DNA of 22,410 nucleotides from positions 1-22,410 of the forward strand of contig JBFXJJ010000022.1 of NCBI GenBank assembly GCA_050175015.1. The letters run 5' to 3'. Both the position numbers and the translations under genes were made by a program. Of this stretch, positions 10,040 to 18,082 are shown piece by piece. The notes beneath the pieces are model-generated. The model did not search any database. It saw nothing but the letters and a program-made list of their open reading frames with translations, and was not told where the DNA came from. Position 1 is the stretch's first letter. The number at the start of each line of letters is the position of its first letter. The stretch is from Alphaproteobacteria bacterium (lineage in GTDB: Bacteria; Pseudomonadota; Alphaproteobacteria; JBFXJJ01).

Positions 10040-10831
10040 ATGAAATATATCAAATATCTTGCTTTGATTTTGGTTGCGGCTTTTATTGCGGCTGCGGTTT
10101 ACTTTAAATCATTTGATAATTTTAAAGCTTTTTTTAATAAAGCTGAAGAAAGTGTATCATCTGTAGAAACGCCTTCTGTAGAAACTAAAAAAGAAGAAAG
10201 CTCTGCCCCAGATAATAACGCAAAATTGCAAATATCACGTGATGAGTTGATAAAGCGTGGAGAAAGTGGTGATATTAAATCTCAAATTCTTCTTGGTGAT
10301 ATGTATCGTCTTGACGGAACAGAATATGGCTTTACCCAAGATGCAAAAGAAGCTTTTAAGTGGTATAAAAAAGCAGCAGACCAAGGCGATGCTTTTGCAC
10401 AGTATAATTTAGCTTTTCTTTATTATGATGGTGAAGGCGTTGAGCAAGATTACAAATCGGCATTTGAATGGTTTAAAAAATCTGCGGAACAAGGTTACAT
10501 TGAAGGACAATATAACTTGGCTTCTCTTTACCGTATGGGAAGAGGGGTTGAAGCAAATCCTGAAGAAGCTTTCAAATGGCTTGAAAGGGCTGCTAATCAA
10601 GGTTATGACCAAGCTCAACTTGCTATGGGAACTTTGTATGAAGCTGGGCAAATTGTTGATAAAGACCCTATGAAAGCTTTAATGTGGATGACTTTATTAT
10701 CGCAAAATGGCGAAGAACAAACAAAAGAATATCTCAAATATTTTCTTGAAAAAAACACTTATACTCCAGAGCAAATTGCTGAAGCTGAAAAACTTGCAAG
10801 AGAATGGAAACCTGTAAAAGAGCAAAAATAG
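10040..10831 (+). CDS. Exported or membrane-anchored Sel1-like repeat protein
   Basis: Hydrophobic N-terminus, low-complexity linker, four Sel1 repeats (AQYNL..LY..G.GV..D...AF.W.KK.A.QG) and a C-terminal QIAEAEKLAREW cap; AAGGA RBS. Confidence 0.93.
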   Translation: MKYIKYLALILVAAFIAAAVYFKSFDNFKAFFNKAEESVSSVETPSVETKKEESSAPDNNAKLQISRDELIKRGESGDIKSQILLGDMYRLDGTEYGFTQDAKEAFKWYKKAADQGDAFAQYNLAFLYYDGEGVEQDYKSAFEWFKKSAEQGYIEGQYNLASLYRMGRGVEANPEEAFKWLERAANQGYDQAQLAMGTLYEAGQIVDKDPMKALMWMTLLSQNGEEQTKEYLKYFLEKNTYTPEQIAEAEKLAREWKPVKEQK

Positions 10832-10861
10832 GTTTTATAAAACGAAAAGTCAGATATAAAT

Positions 10862-10894
10862 AAAGGCAGATTATAAAGATGTAGTCTGCCTTTT
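10862..10894 (+). terminator. Intrinsic terminator after the Sel1 gene
   Basis: AAAGGCAGATTATA-aaga-TGTAGTCTGCCTTTT: 14-bp stem with two U-G wobbles that pair only on the + strand, ending in a short T run. Confidence 0.75.
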
Positions 10895-11029
10895 GTTATG
10901 GTTAAACCAAGATAAGTATATTAGAGCATCTAAAAACGCTTTTTAAAAACAAAATATATAATTGATTTTTCTTAATTTTTATCCATAATCAAAATGTTTT
11001 AATCTTGATTATAAAGAAAGCGTTTTAGT

Positions 11030-11512
11030 ATGAGTGATTTTGAAATATGTTATCTTGCTGATAAAAAAGAGTTTGTTGAAGCTTGTGCCGCTTGGGCATA
11101 TGGGCGCTGGGGAGTACAAGTTTCAGATGGCAGTTTTGAGCGGGCATTTAAACGTTTTTCGGAATGCGCTCAAAAAAACAAGCTTCCTTTCACGTTAATA
11201 GCCCTTGATAAAAACAAGAGACCTGCGGCTATGGCTAGTCTTTGGGAGCAAGATGGCGAAATTTGGCAAGAGCAAACGCCTTGGATTGCGGCGGTTTATA
11301 CCTTATATCGTTATAGAGGCAATGGACTTGCTAAAAAGCTTATATCAAGGCTGGAAGAAGAGGCTGTCAAATTAGGCTTCAAAGAAATTTATCTGCATTC
11401 AGAATCCACGGCGGGATATTATCCGCAATTAGGATACCAGAAAATTGAGACGGTCAAAGATGAAAATGCTGATATTGGTGAAACAACCTTATTTAAGAAA
11501 ATTCTGGTTTAG
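11030..11512 (+). CDS. GNAT family N-acetyltransferase
   Basis: PWIAAVYT...YRGNGLAKKLI acetyl-CoA binding motif A and C-terminal YY..LGY motif. Confidence 0.92.
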   Translation: MSDFEICYLADKKEFVEACAAWAYGRWGVQVSDGSFERAFKRFSECAQKNKLPFTLIALDKNKRPAAMASLWEQDGEIWQEQTPWIAAVYTLYRYRGNGLAKKLISRLEEEAVKLGFKEIYLHSESTAGYYPQLGYQKIETVKDENADIGETTLFKKILV

Positions 11513-11540
11513 AGTAGCTTTTATTTAATCGTACTTTTGT

Positions 11541-11584
11541 TTTGCTTGACAGCAGCCTTAACAGGCAATTTTTTGCTTTTAGTA
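11541..11584 (+). repeat. 44-bp direct repeat, copy 1 (hairpin plus T tract)
   Basis: TTTGCTTGACAGCAGCCTTAACAGGCAATTTTTTGCTTTTAGTA; 41/44 identical to 11748-11791. Confidence 0.9.
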
Positions 11585-11650
11585 TCAAAAACGTTTTTAT
11601 ATAAAAGACTGCCCCAATACCACGATTTATACAAAAGGTTTTAAGGTTCT

Positions 11651-11681
11651 TTAAGGATTTTTTCCTTAAAAAAATCCTTAA
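11651..11681. repeat. Perfect 13-bp inverted repeat
   Basis: TTAAGGATTTTTT-cctta-AAAAAATCCTTAA. Confidence 0.8.
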
Positions 11682-11747
11682 TTTGCGAAGCAATATGAAT
11701 CTAATAAGTTTTAAAGCTTTTGGATTTTAGGACGTTTTTTACTATTT

Positions 11748-11791
11748 TTTGCCTGACGGCAGCCTTAACAGGCAAGTTTTTGCTTTTAGTA
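11748..11791 (+). repeat. 44-bp direct repeat, copy 2
   Basis: TTTGCCTGACGGCAGCCTTAACAGGCAAGTTTTTGCTTTTAGTA; its tail continues into the palindrome TTTTGCTTTTA-G-TAAAAGCAAAA ending at 11800. Confidence 0.9.
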
Positions 11792-11835
11792 AAAGCAAAA
11801 GTAAAACTTTTTTAAAAAGCCACAAGCTTTAATAT

Positions 11836-13431
11836 TTATAGTTTTATTCTTTCTTCATAAATGTCAGGCAAGTCATTTTCATAAAGAATAACATCGTTAG
11901 TTTTAGCGTTATCATCAATCCATTTTTTGGCATCGGCAAAGCTGTCAAATAATAAAGCTTTATCGCCTTTTGCATTTTCAAATCCCGAAATAAGAGACGG
12001 TATTCTTTTGGGATTTATTATGAGAGCGATGTCAGCGCAGTGAGCCGCCTTTTCACCTATTTTTTTGTGAGCGTCGTCGTGATAAGCCCCTAACTCAGTC
12101 ATTCCAGGTGTTACTAAAATCTTTCGACCAATACTGCCTAAAAGATGCAAAACATCAAGCGCAGAAGCAAATCCTGTAGGGTTAGAGTTGTAAGCATCAT
12201 CAATAATAGTAACGCCGCTATCACTTCGTTTTACCTCTAAGCGATGCTGGGTTTGGGGCGCTGTTTTCAAAATAGCAGCAATAGTTGAACCATCAATTCC
12301 CAAAGAATGGCATAAAGCAAAGGCTAAAGCTATATTTTCCGCCTGATGAACGCCATAAATTGGGGCTATAATATCCCAATGTTCATCTTTGTTTGTTATA
12401 ACGAGGCTGATACCATCTTTAGTTTGTTCAACATTAGTTAAAATATAATCACAAGATGCATCTTTTCCTACAGTTCTAAGGTTGTTATTGCAGATGCCTT
12501 CTGCCATTTTTATAAATTCTGGAGCGATTGCCATTGTGTTGACAATAACAAAGCCGCCTTTTTTTACCGTTGCTTCTGCTATTTCCAGTTTTGCTTTGGC
12601 AACGGTTTCAAGGCTTTTGAAGCGTTCATAATGAGCGTGTCCTATTGCCGTAATAACTGAAACATCGGGCGGCGTAAAATCACAAAGCCTTTTTATTGAA
12701 CCTATTCCATACGCTCCCATTTCGACGACAAAGTATTGGTGAGCTTTATCGAGCTTTTCTCTAATAATACGGCAAATTCCCATAAGAGTATTAATGCTGC
12801 CTGGAGTTGCCAGTGAAGGCGCCAGCGACGATATAATATGTTCAATTAATTTTTTGGTTGAGGTTTTGCCATAAGAACCTGTTATTCCGATAATTTTAGG
12901 ATTTATTGCGGCAAGTTTTAGAAGAGCCTCTTTTTTAAACTTATTTTGATTATGCTTTTCATAAGGCATCAAAAACATATTACCTAACATAAGAAAAAAC
13001 GGTGTTAGCTGTGCTGATGCAATTACTAAAATAAACTCATCGATATTAGTCTTTGTTACTAGAAACAAAAAGGGAGTTATAATTGCAGCCCCAGCCGTAA
13101 CCGATAAGAAAAGAATTCTTTTGGCTCTTGCGGTCATAACAAGCGCCTTTTTAGCTTGTTTTTCTCTGTTAGGCTCAAATAATCCAATTAAGATAAAAGC
13201 AAAACTATAAGCATAAGAAAGATAGTTATAATTAAACAAAGAGAACAGTAATGTTGTTATAATCAGGAGCAGAGAAAGCTTTTTATCAATTAAAGATGCA
13301 TTTTTATAATATTTAATAAATCTTGAGGCATCATATTCTTCCTGCTGAAAATAATGCAAGAGATGTTTAAGTCTTTTATATAAGAAAAAAACAATACTGA
13401 ATATTAAACATAAAGAAGGTAAGTAATTCAT
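11836..13431 (-). CDS. MurF-like Mur ligase with N-terminal multi-pass membrane domain
   Basis: About 155 hydrophobic N-terminal residues, then GITGSYGKTSTK P-loop, VVEMGA, IGHAHYERF, IIDDAYNSNP, VTPGMTELG and C-terminal YENDLPD. Confidence 0.88.
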   Translation of the reverse strand: MNYLPSLCLIFSIVFFLYKRLKHLLHYFQQEEYDASRFIKYYKNASLIDKKLSLLLIITTLLFSLFNYNYLSYAYSFAFILIGLFEPNREKQAKKALVMTARAKRILFLSVTAGAAIITPFLFLVTKTNIDEFILVIASAQLTPFFLMLGNMFLMPYEKHNQNKFKKEALLKLAAINPKIIGITGSYGKTSTKKLIEHIISSLAPSLATPGSINTLMGICRIIREKLDKAHQYFVVEMGAYGIGSIKRLCDFTPPDVSVITAIGHAHYERFKSLETVAKAKLEIAEATVKKGGFVIVNTMAIAPEFIKMAEGICNNNLRTVGKDASCDYILTNVEQTKDGISLVITNKDEHWDIIAPIYGVHQAENIALAFALCHSLGIDGSTIAAILKTAPQTQHRLEVKRSDSGVTIIDDAYNSNPTGFASALDVLHLLGSIGRKILVTPGMTELGAYHDDAHKKIGEKAAHCADIALIINPKRIPSLISGFENAKGDKALLFDSFADAKKWIDDNAKTNDVILYENDLPDIYEERIKL

Positions 13432-13435
13432 CTTT

Positions 13436-14194
13436 TTAAAGCCTTAAAAATTTTTTTATAGCGCTAATAACTTGAGAACGAGCGGTAGTCAGAACGGAGA
13501 AATGATCTTGATTTTTTAAAACCAGCAATTCTGAATTTTCAATCAGACTGTGATATTTTATTCCAAAATCAACAGGGGTCTGCTGGTCATTATCACCAAA
13601 GACAAGAAGTGTTTGAGCTTTTATGTGAGTGGCTTCTTCTGCAAGATTTTCACTAATAACTTTCACAAAAGTATTACGCAATTCTCCTGCATTTTTATAA
13701 TCAGAACTTCCTAGACGTGAGGACCATTTTGATTTTAAGTCCGTTTTTAAAACATTATCTATTAGTTTAATTGTTTTTATAAAAGTTTTTATTACAAAAG
13801 CTTTTGTTTTAAAAAATAAAGATCTTTTTCTTTTCAATCCTGCGGCAGAAATCAGAACTAAATTCTGAACCACGTCGGGATATTTGGCGGCAAGACGTAT
13901 TGCTACACGGCAGCCAAAAGAATGCCCAATTATAAAAGCTGGATAAAATTGATTTTTAATAATTTCTTGATACAGCGCGTCCATATAATCTTCTGATCCC
14001 CAATCTGCTGGCGGATTCTTAGATTCGCCAAAACCAGGAAAATCAACCAGCATACTATAAGCGCAATCATCAAAAAATTCTGCCATAGGCAAAAAGTTTT
14101 TATGAGAATGCCCCCAGCCATGAAGCCACAAAATTTTAGGTAAATCTTTGTTTTTACCAATAAAAAACGTTGCAAAATCTTGATTTTTATTCAT
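13436..14194 (-). CDS. Alpha/beta fold hydrolase
   Basis: LHGWG oxyanion motif, DFPGFGES, GHSFG nucleophile elbow, candidate Asp (GDNDQQTP) and His (DHF); ends 4 nt before the MurF-like gene. Confidence 0.93.
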   Translation of the reverse strand: MNKNQDFATFFIGKNKDLPKILWLHGWGHSHKNFLPMAEFFDDCAYSMLVDFPGFGESKNPPADWGSEDYMDALYQEIIKNQFYPAFIIGHSFGCRVAIRLAAKYPDVVQNLVLISAAGLKRKRSLFFKTKAFVIKTFIKTIKLIDNVLKTDLKSKWSSRLGSSDYKNAGELRNTFVKVISENLAEEATHIKAQTLLVFGDNDQQTPVDFGIKYHSLIENSELLVLKNQDHFSVLTTARSQVISAIKKFLRL

Positions 14195-14295
14195 TCTATT
14201 ATAAAGTCTTTATAAAATTAAACGATGCTTTGGATTTTAAAATAATCAATAAAATAAAAAAATGCTATTTATTTTATAAAAAAACGGTGGTTGGA

Positions 14296-15120
14296 ATGCT
14301 GAAATATTTAATTTCTTTTATCTTTATAACAAGCTTATCATGCCTAGGAAAAGGGATTGCATCTCCTTTGCTAGAGCAGATGAAATCTGCTGATAATACC
14401 AAAAATGTATCGGTTAATTACAATCTTTATGCCGGAGGCATCAAAGGCGTTGCCGTTAATATTAATATTCTTTGGAGCAATAACCATTACCAGCTAACGA
14501 CAACGACTAAAACCGAAGGGGTTATTGGCTTTTTATATCCTGTAGTTGCAACGTATTTTACCAAAGGTATTGTAAAAGATAATCAAGCCTATCCTGAAAA
14601 ATATGTTGCAACCAGTATTTCAAGGGGCAGTGAAAAAGTCAAAGAGCTTAAATATGACAAACAAGGCAGAGTTATAGAAAGAGTTAATATCAAAAAAGGC
14701 AAGGAAATCAGCCGAGAGGTTGACGATGATATGGGCAAAGGAAGCAGTTTGGATTATCAAAGTGTGCTTGCTATGATGTTAAAAAGAATAGATGATGGTT
14801 TGGATTGTAATCAAACATATACTGCATTTGATGGCAAAAGACGCTATACTATGATTTTTGAAGATTTAGGAATAGATAGTTTAGAAAAAACAAGATATTC
14901 TGATTTTGAAGGCAAGGCTAAGGAATGCTCTCTCCTAGTGGAGCCGTTTAATGGCGATTATCCAGATAACAGTTGGTTTTGGTATCGCAGTGGCAAAGAC
15001 ACCAAGCAAAAGCCAATGAAATTCTGGACAGCTAAAATCTCAGGACTGACTGTTCCCGTAAGAATAGAAATTGATAGTTTAGGTTTTGGAACAATCATTG
15101 CTCATATGCAGAAATCTTAA
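14296..15120 (+). CDS. DUF3108-like exported beta-rich protein
   Basis: Start moved from the track's 14170 (which overlaps the divergent gene) to the in-frame ATG at 14296, giving a signal peptide MLKYLISFIFITSLSCLG. Y.LYAGG, FDGKRRY and VPVRI.....FG patterns resemble DUF3108. Confidence 0.7.
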   Translation: MLKYLISFIFITSLSCLGKGIASPLLEQMKSADNTKNVSVNYNLYAGGIKGVAVNINILWSNNHYQLTTTTKTEGVIGFLYPVVATYFTKGIVKDNQAYPEKYVATSISRGSEKVKELKYDKQGRVIERVNIKKGKEISREVDDDMGKGSSLDYQSVLAMMLKRIDDGLDCNQTYTAFDGKRRYTMIFEDLGIDSLEKTRYSDFEGKAKECSLLVEPFNGDYPDNSWFWYRSGKDTKQKPMKFWTAKISGLTVPVRIEIDSLGFGTIIAHMQKS

Positions 15121-15143
15121 CGTTTAATATTGATGAGGTTAAA

Positions 15144-16274
15144 ATGAAATTTGGAAAAAGAAATTTATTCTTAGTTATTGCTGTTATCACTGCGGTTTCT
15201 GCGGTTGCTGGTATCAAGGTTTTCCAAAATCAGAAAGAGGCTGTATCTTCAGATAAAAAAATGTCTTCTTTAGATTTGGAGCTTTTTGACGCTATAAGAA
15301 ACGGGAAAGATGTATCTGCCATCGAAAAGATAATTAAAAAAGGCGCCAATGTTGATGTTCACTATGTTATAAGTGGCGAAGATGCTTTTAGTGAAAAAGA
15401 TGAAACCCCATTAATTGCGGCCATAAACAGTAAAAGAGATTTAGAGGTAATCAAACTTTTGCTAAAATATGGTGCTGACGTAGAAAATGCCTCTAATCCT
15501 AATGGTTATTTATGGTTAACTCCTTTGCATATTGCAATTTTAAATAATCCAGATCCTAAACTTGTAGCTTTGCTTTTAGAAGCTAAAGCTTCTGTTGACT
15601 ATGATTCTGGTGAAGGCGTTTCACCACTTATCGGAGCATCTTCTATCAATAATCCCGATATTATCTTTCCGATAGTGAAAGTCAGCGTTAATCCTCAAGC
15701 CTTAAATATAATGCTTAGTTTTGCATCAGAAAACAATTCGCCTCAAATTATTGGTATGTTGTTGGAGGCTGGAGCTGATATTAATTATCAAAACTGCCAT
15801 AGTTATTTAAGTGCAGGCGAAACGCCATTGGCAAAAGCCGTAGAAGGTGGAAACTTGGAAGTAATGAAACTTCTTATAGAAAAAGGAGCAGATGTTAATA
15901 AAGTAGAAAATTGTCCTCAAACAGATACTATGAGCCATAATCTTACACCGATAATGCACGCTGCCAAAAATATTGAAGCAATGGATATTTTAATAAAAGC
16001 AGGGGCAGACATTAAGGCGAAAGATCAAAAAGGCAATTCTTTGTTGATGTATGCTTCAAGGTACACGCAAGATGCCGAACCAGTAAAACAACTGCTTGAT
16101 TTAGGACTTGATGCAAACGAGACCAACCAAGATGGAGAATATGCAATCGACTGGGCAATTAATTCCAAAAGTGGAATTGATGTAATCTGTTCTTTAATTA
16201 GAGCTGGCGCTAATAAAAGCAAAAATAATGAAAAAGCCTTTTTATATTTTAAAGATGATTGCCTCAAAAAATAA
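15144..16274 (+). CDS. Exported or membrane-anchored ankyrin-repeat protein
   Basis: N-terminal hydrophobic segment; repeated TPL..A......++.LL..GADV/IN ankyrin units through the protein; GAGG RBS. Confidence 0.93.
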   Translation: MKFGKRNLFLVIAVITAVSAVAGIKVFQNQKEAVSSDKKMSSLDLELFDAIRNGKDVSAIEKIIKKGANVDVHYVISGEDAFSEKDETPLIAAINSKRDLEVIKLLLKYGADVENASNPNGYLWLTPLHIAILNNPDPKLVALLLEAKASVDYDSGEGVSPLIGASSINNPDIIFPIVKVSVNPQALNIMLSFASENNSPQIIGMLLEAGADINYQNCHSYLSAGETPLAKAVEGGNLEVMKLLIEKGADVNKVENCPQTDTMSHNLTPIMHAAKNIEAMDILIKAGADIKAKDQKGNSLLMYASRYTQDAEPVKQLLDLGLDANETNQDGEYAIDWAINSKSGIDVICSLIRAGANKSKNNEKAFLYFKDDCLKK

Positions 16275-16375
16275 AGCTTATTTTGGTTTTATTATATTTT
16301 TTAACGTATAAAAACAGTGCCTATTATCTAAAAGGATATGCCCAATTTTTTATAGTTTTATAAGCATAAAAAAAC

Positions 16376-16414
16376 AAAACCCTTGCTAATTATCGATATG
16401 TAGCAAGGGTTTTT
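16376..16414. terminator. Bidirectional intrinsic terminator between the ankyrin gene and nfeD
   Basis: AAAACCCTTGCTA-N12-TAGCAAGGGTTTT(T): perfect 13-bp stem between convergent genes. Confidence 0.85.
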
Positions 16415-16432
16415 AAAAATTTAAGCTTTAAG

Positions 16433-16879
16433 CTATTTTAAGTTTTCAGGCTTTACAATTAAAGTTGCACCATCTAGCCCTTCAACCACAACTTTTGTTC
16501 CTATCTCTAAGTCTTCCTGACACTCGATGCGCCATTCCGAATCTCCAACTTTTGCTTTTCCGATACCGTTTTCAACAGCTTTTGAAACCACAAAAATTTT
16601 ACCAATCATTTGTTCTTCTTTGCGGTTCAAGCTAGGGTGATTGGTGGGCTTTTCTCTTGATTTAACAAAACGTTTTCCGAGATATGCACACAAAACCGAT
16701 AAAATCGCAAAAAAGACGCCTAAAAATTCAAAAGATATTGCAGGAAAAGCAAAGCTTAAAATACCAGTTATGAAGGCACTTACGGCAATCCATACAAAAA
16801 AGGTTGTTGGTGTTATAATTTCAGCAATTAGTAAAAATACACCGACGACAAACCAATGCCAATAATCAAATTCTATCAT
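16433..16879 (-). CDS. NfeD-like (YbbJ-type) membrane protein with C-terminal OB fold
   Basis: W...G..LLIAEI..P N-terminal TMs, LNR....MIG and G..KVGDSEWR motifs; adjacent to an SPFH gene. Confidence 0.92.
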   Translation of the reverse strand: MIEFDYWHWFVVGVFLLIAEIITPTTFFVWIAVSAFITGILSFAFPAISFEFLGVFFAILSVLCAYLGKRFVKSREKPTNHPSLNRKEEQMIGKIFVVSKAVENGIGKAKVGDSEWRIECQEDLEIGTKVVVEGLDGATLIVKPENLK

Positions 16880-16902
16880 TGATATTCCTAAAATATGAAG
16901 GG

Positions 16903-17853
16903 TTATGGTTTAGATATTGGGATAAAAGGATTAGATTTTCCTGTGTTATCTTCGGATATAACTGCTTTTGCAAGTTCACCTATCCCTGCAACAGAACCAG
17001 CCATATTAGCCAAATCAAGAGGCAGTAAAACCAGTTTTTGATTTGGAGAATGAAGAATAGAATTTAAGGCTTCGATGTATTTCTGACCAAGAAAATAATT
17101 TAGAGAGTTTACATTGCCGCTGGCGATAGCATCAGAAACCATTTTGGTAGCTTTGGCTTCGGCTTCAGCCAAACGTTCTCTAGCCTCAGCTTCTCTAAAT
17201 TCGGCTTCTTTTTTACCTTCAGCTTTTAAAATAGCAGATTGTTTTTCACCTTCGGCACGGTTAATTGCAGCTTGACGATAACCTTCGGCTTCTAAAATTG
17301 AAGCACGTTTTTCTCTTTCTGCTTTCATTTGTCTAGCCATTGCTTCAACCAAGTCCGTTGGCGGTTGAATGTCTTTTATTTCAATACGGGTAACTTTTAT
17401 GCCCCAAGGATTAGTTGCTTCATCAACGACGCCTAATAATCTGGCATTAATGATGTCTCTTTGGGATAAAAGTTCATCAAGATCCATACTGCCCATAACG
17501 GTTCTGATGTTTGTCATTGTAATTTTCATAACGGCAAAATGAAGTTGTCTTACTTCATAAGCGGCTTTTACGGCATCTAATACCTGATAAAAAACCACTC
17601 CATCAACTCTAACCATAGCGTTATCTTTGGTAATAACTTCTTGAGAAGGTACGTCCAACACTTGTTCCATCATACTAAATTTGGCACCGATACGGTCAAC
17701 GATTGGAACAATTATATGCAGTCCAGGTTCTAAAGTTTGGGTATAACGTCCAAAGCGCTCAACGGTAAATTCCATACCTTGAGGAACAACCTTAACGCCC
17801 ATAGAAACGAAAAGAAAACCAAGGACTATTGCTAAAATGACGAAAGTTTCCAT
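16903..17853 (-). CDS. qmcA: SPFH/band 7 (stomatin-like, QmcA/YbbK-type) protein
   Basis: VERFGRY, PSQEVITKDNA, WGIKVTRIEIKDI, QMKAEREKRA and AEA-rich coiled coil; AAGGAG RBS (17861-17866). Confidence 0.93.
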   Translation of the reverse strand: METFVILAIVLGFLFVSMGVKVVPQGMEFTVERFGRYTQTLEPGLHIIVPIVDRIGAKFSMMEQVLDVPSQEVITKDNAMVRVDGVVFYQVLDAVKAAYEVRQLHFAVMKITMTNIRTVMGSMDLDELLSQRDIINARLLGVVDEATNPWGIKVTRIEIKDIQPPTDLVEAMARQMKAEREKRASILEAEGYRQAAINRAEGEKQSAILKAEGKKEAEFREAEARERLAEAEAKATKMVSDAIASGNVNSLNYFLGQKYIEALNSILHSPNQKLVLLPLDLANMAGSVAGIGELAKAVISEDNTGKSNPFIPISKP

Positions 17854-17983
17854 TAAAAAACTCCTTAAAAATTAAAAAATAAATATAAATTATTTGAATG
17901 TTATTATTACTTGATAACGATTTTTTAGCAATTAAAAATATGCTAAAAGCCAAAAGCGATAAGGATAAAAATAAAATTTCCAT
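17792..17983 (-). CDS. Possible small membrane or leader peptide (63 aa)
   Basis: ATG directly follows the tandem RNA element, with GAGAG 8 nt upstream. The N-terminus MEILFLSLSLLAFSIFLIAKK is TM-like. It overlaps the SPFH start out of frame and may be spurious in AT-rich DNA. Confidence 0.3.
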   Translation of the reverse strand: MEILFLSLSLLAFSIFLIAKKSLSSNNNIQIIYIYFLIFKEFFNGNFRHFSNSPWFSFRFYGR

Positions 17984-17989
17984 AAAAAA

Positions 17990-18077
17990 AGCTCTCAGTC
18001 TGGTAAGATAGGTTTCAAGCCCATCTTACCGATACTAACGGAAAGTCTTTCTTTTCGACATAACCGTAGTGAGAGCT
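17990..18077 (-). ncRNA. Candidate structured cis-regulatory RNA, three-way junction, 3' copy (88 nt)
   Basis: P1 AGCUCUCA/UGAGAGCU; P2 ACGG..GUC-GAAAAGAAA-GAC..CCGU; junction UAGUAUC; P3 GGUAAGAUGGG-CUUGAAA-CCUAUCUUACC; ends in a U7 run. Confidence 0.7.
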
Positions 18078-18082
18078 AAAAA

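Noticed and set aside
7107-10673. Alternative-frame and antisense ORFs within the DUF1015, ddl and Sel1 genes
   Set aside because: Fully nested in convincing CDSs, with no recognisable features.
11493-11693. 66-aa minus-strand ORF across the repeat region
   Set aside because: Lys/Leu-rich translation of AT-rich palindromic DNA, non-ATG start, and it overlaps the GNAT end.
11541-11791. Direct repeats as a CRISPR array
   Set aside because: Only two copies, a 163-nt spacer, and no cas genes in the window.
14170-14295. N-terminal extension of the DUF3108-like ORF given in the track
   Set aside because: It overlaps the divergent hydrolase start and spans the AT-rich intergenic region; the ATG at 14296 yields a clean signal peptide.
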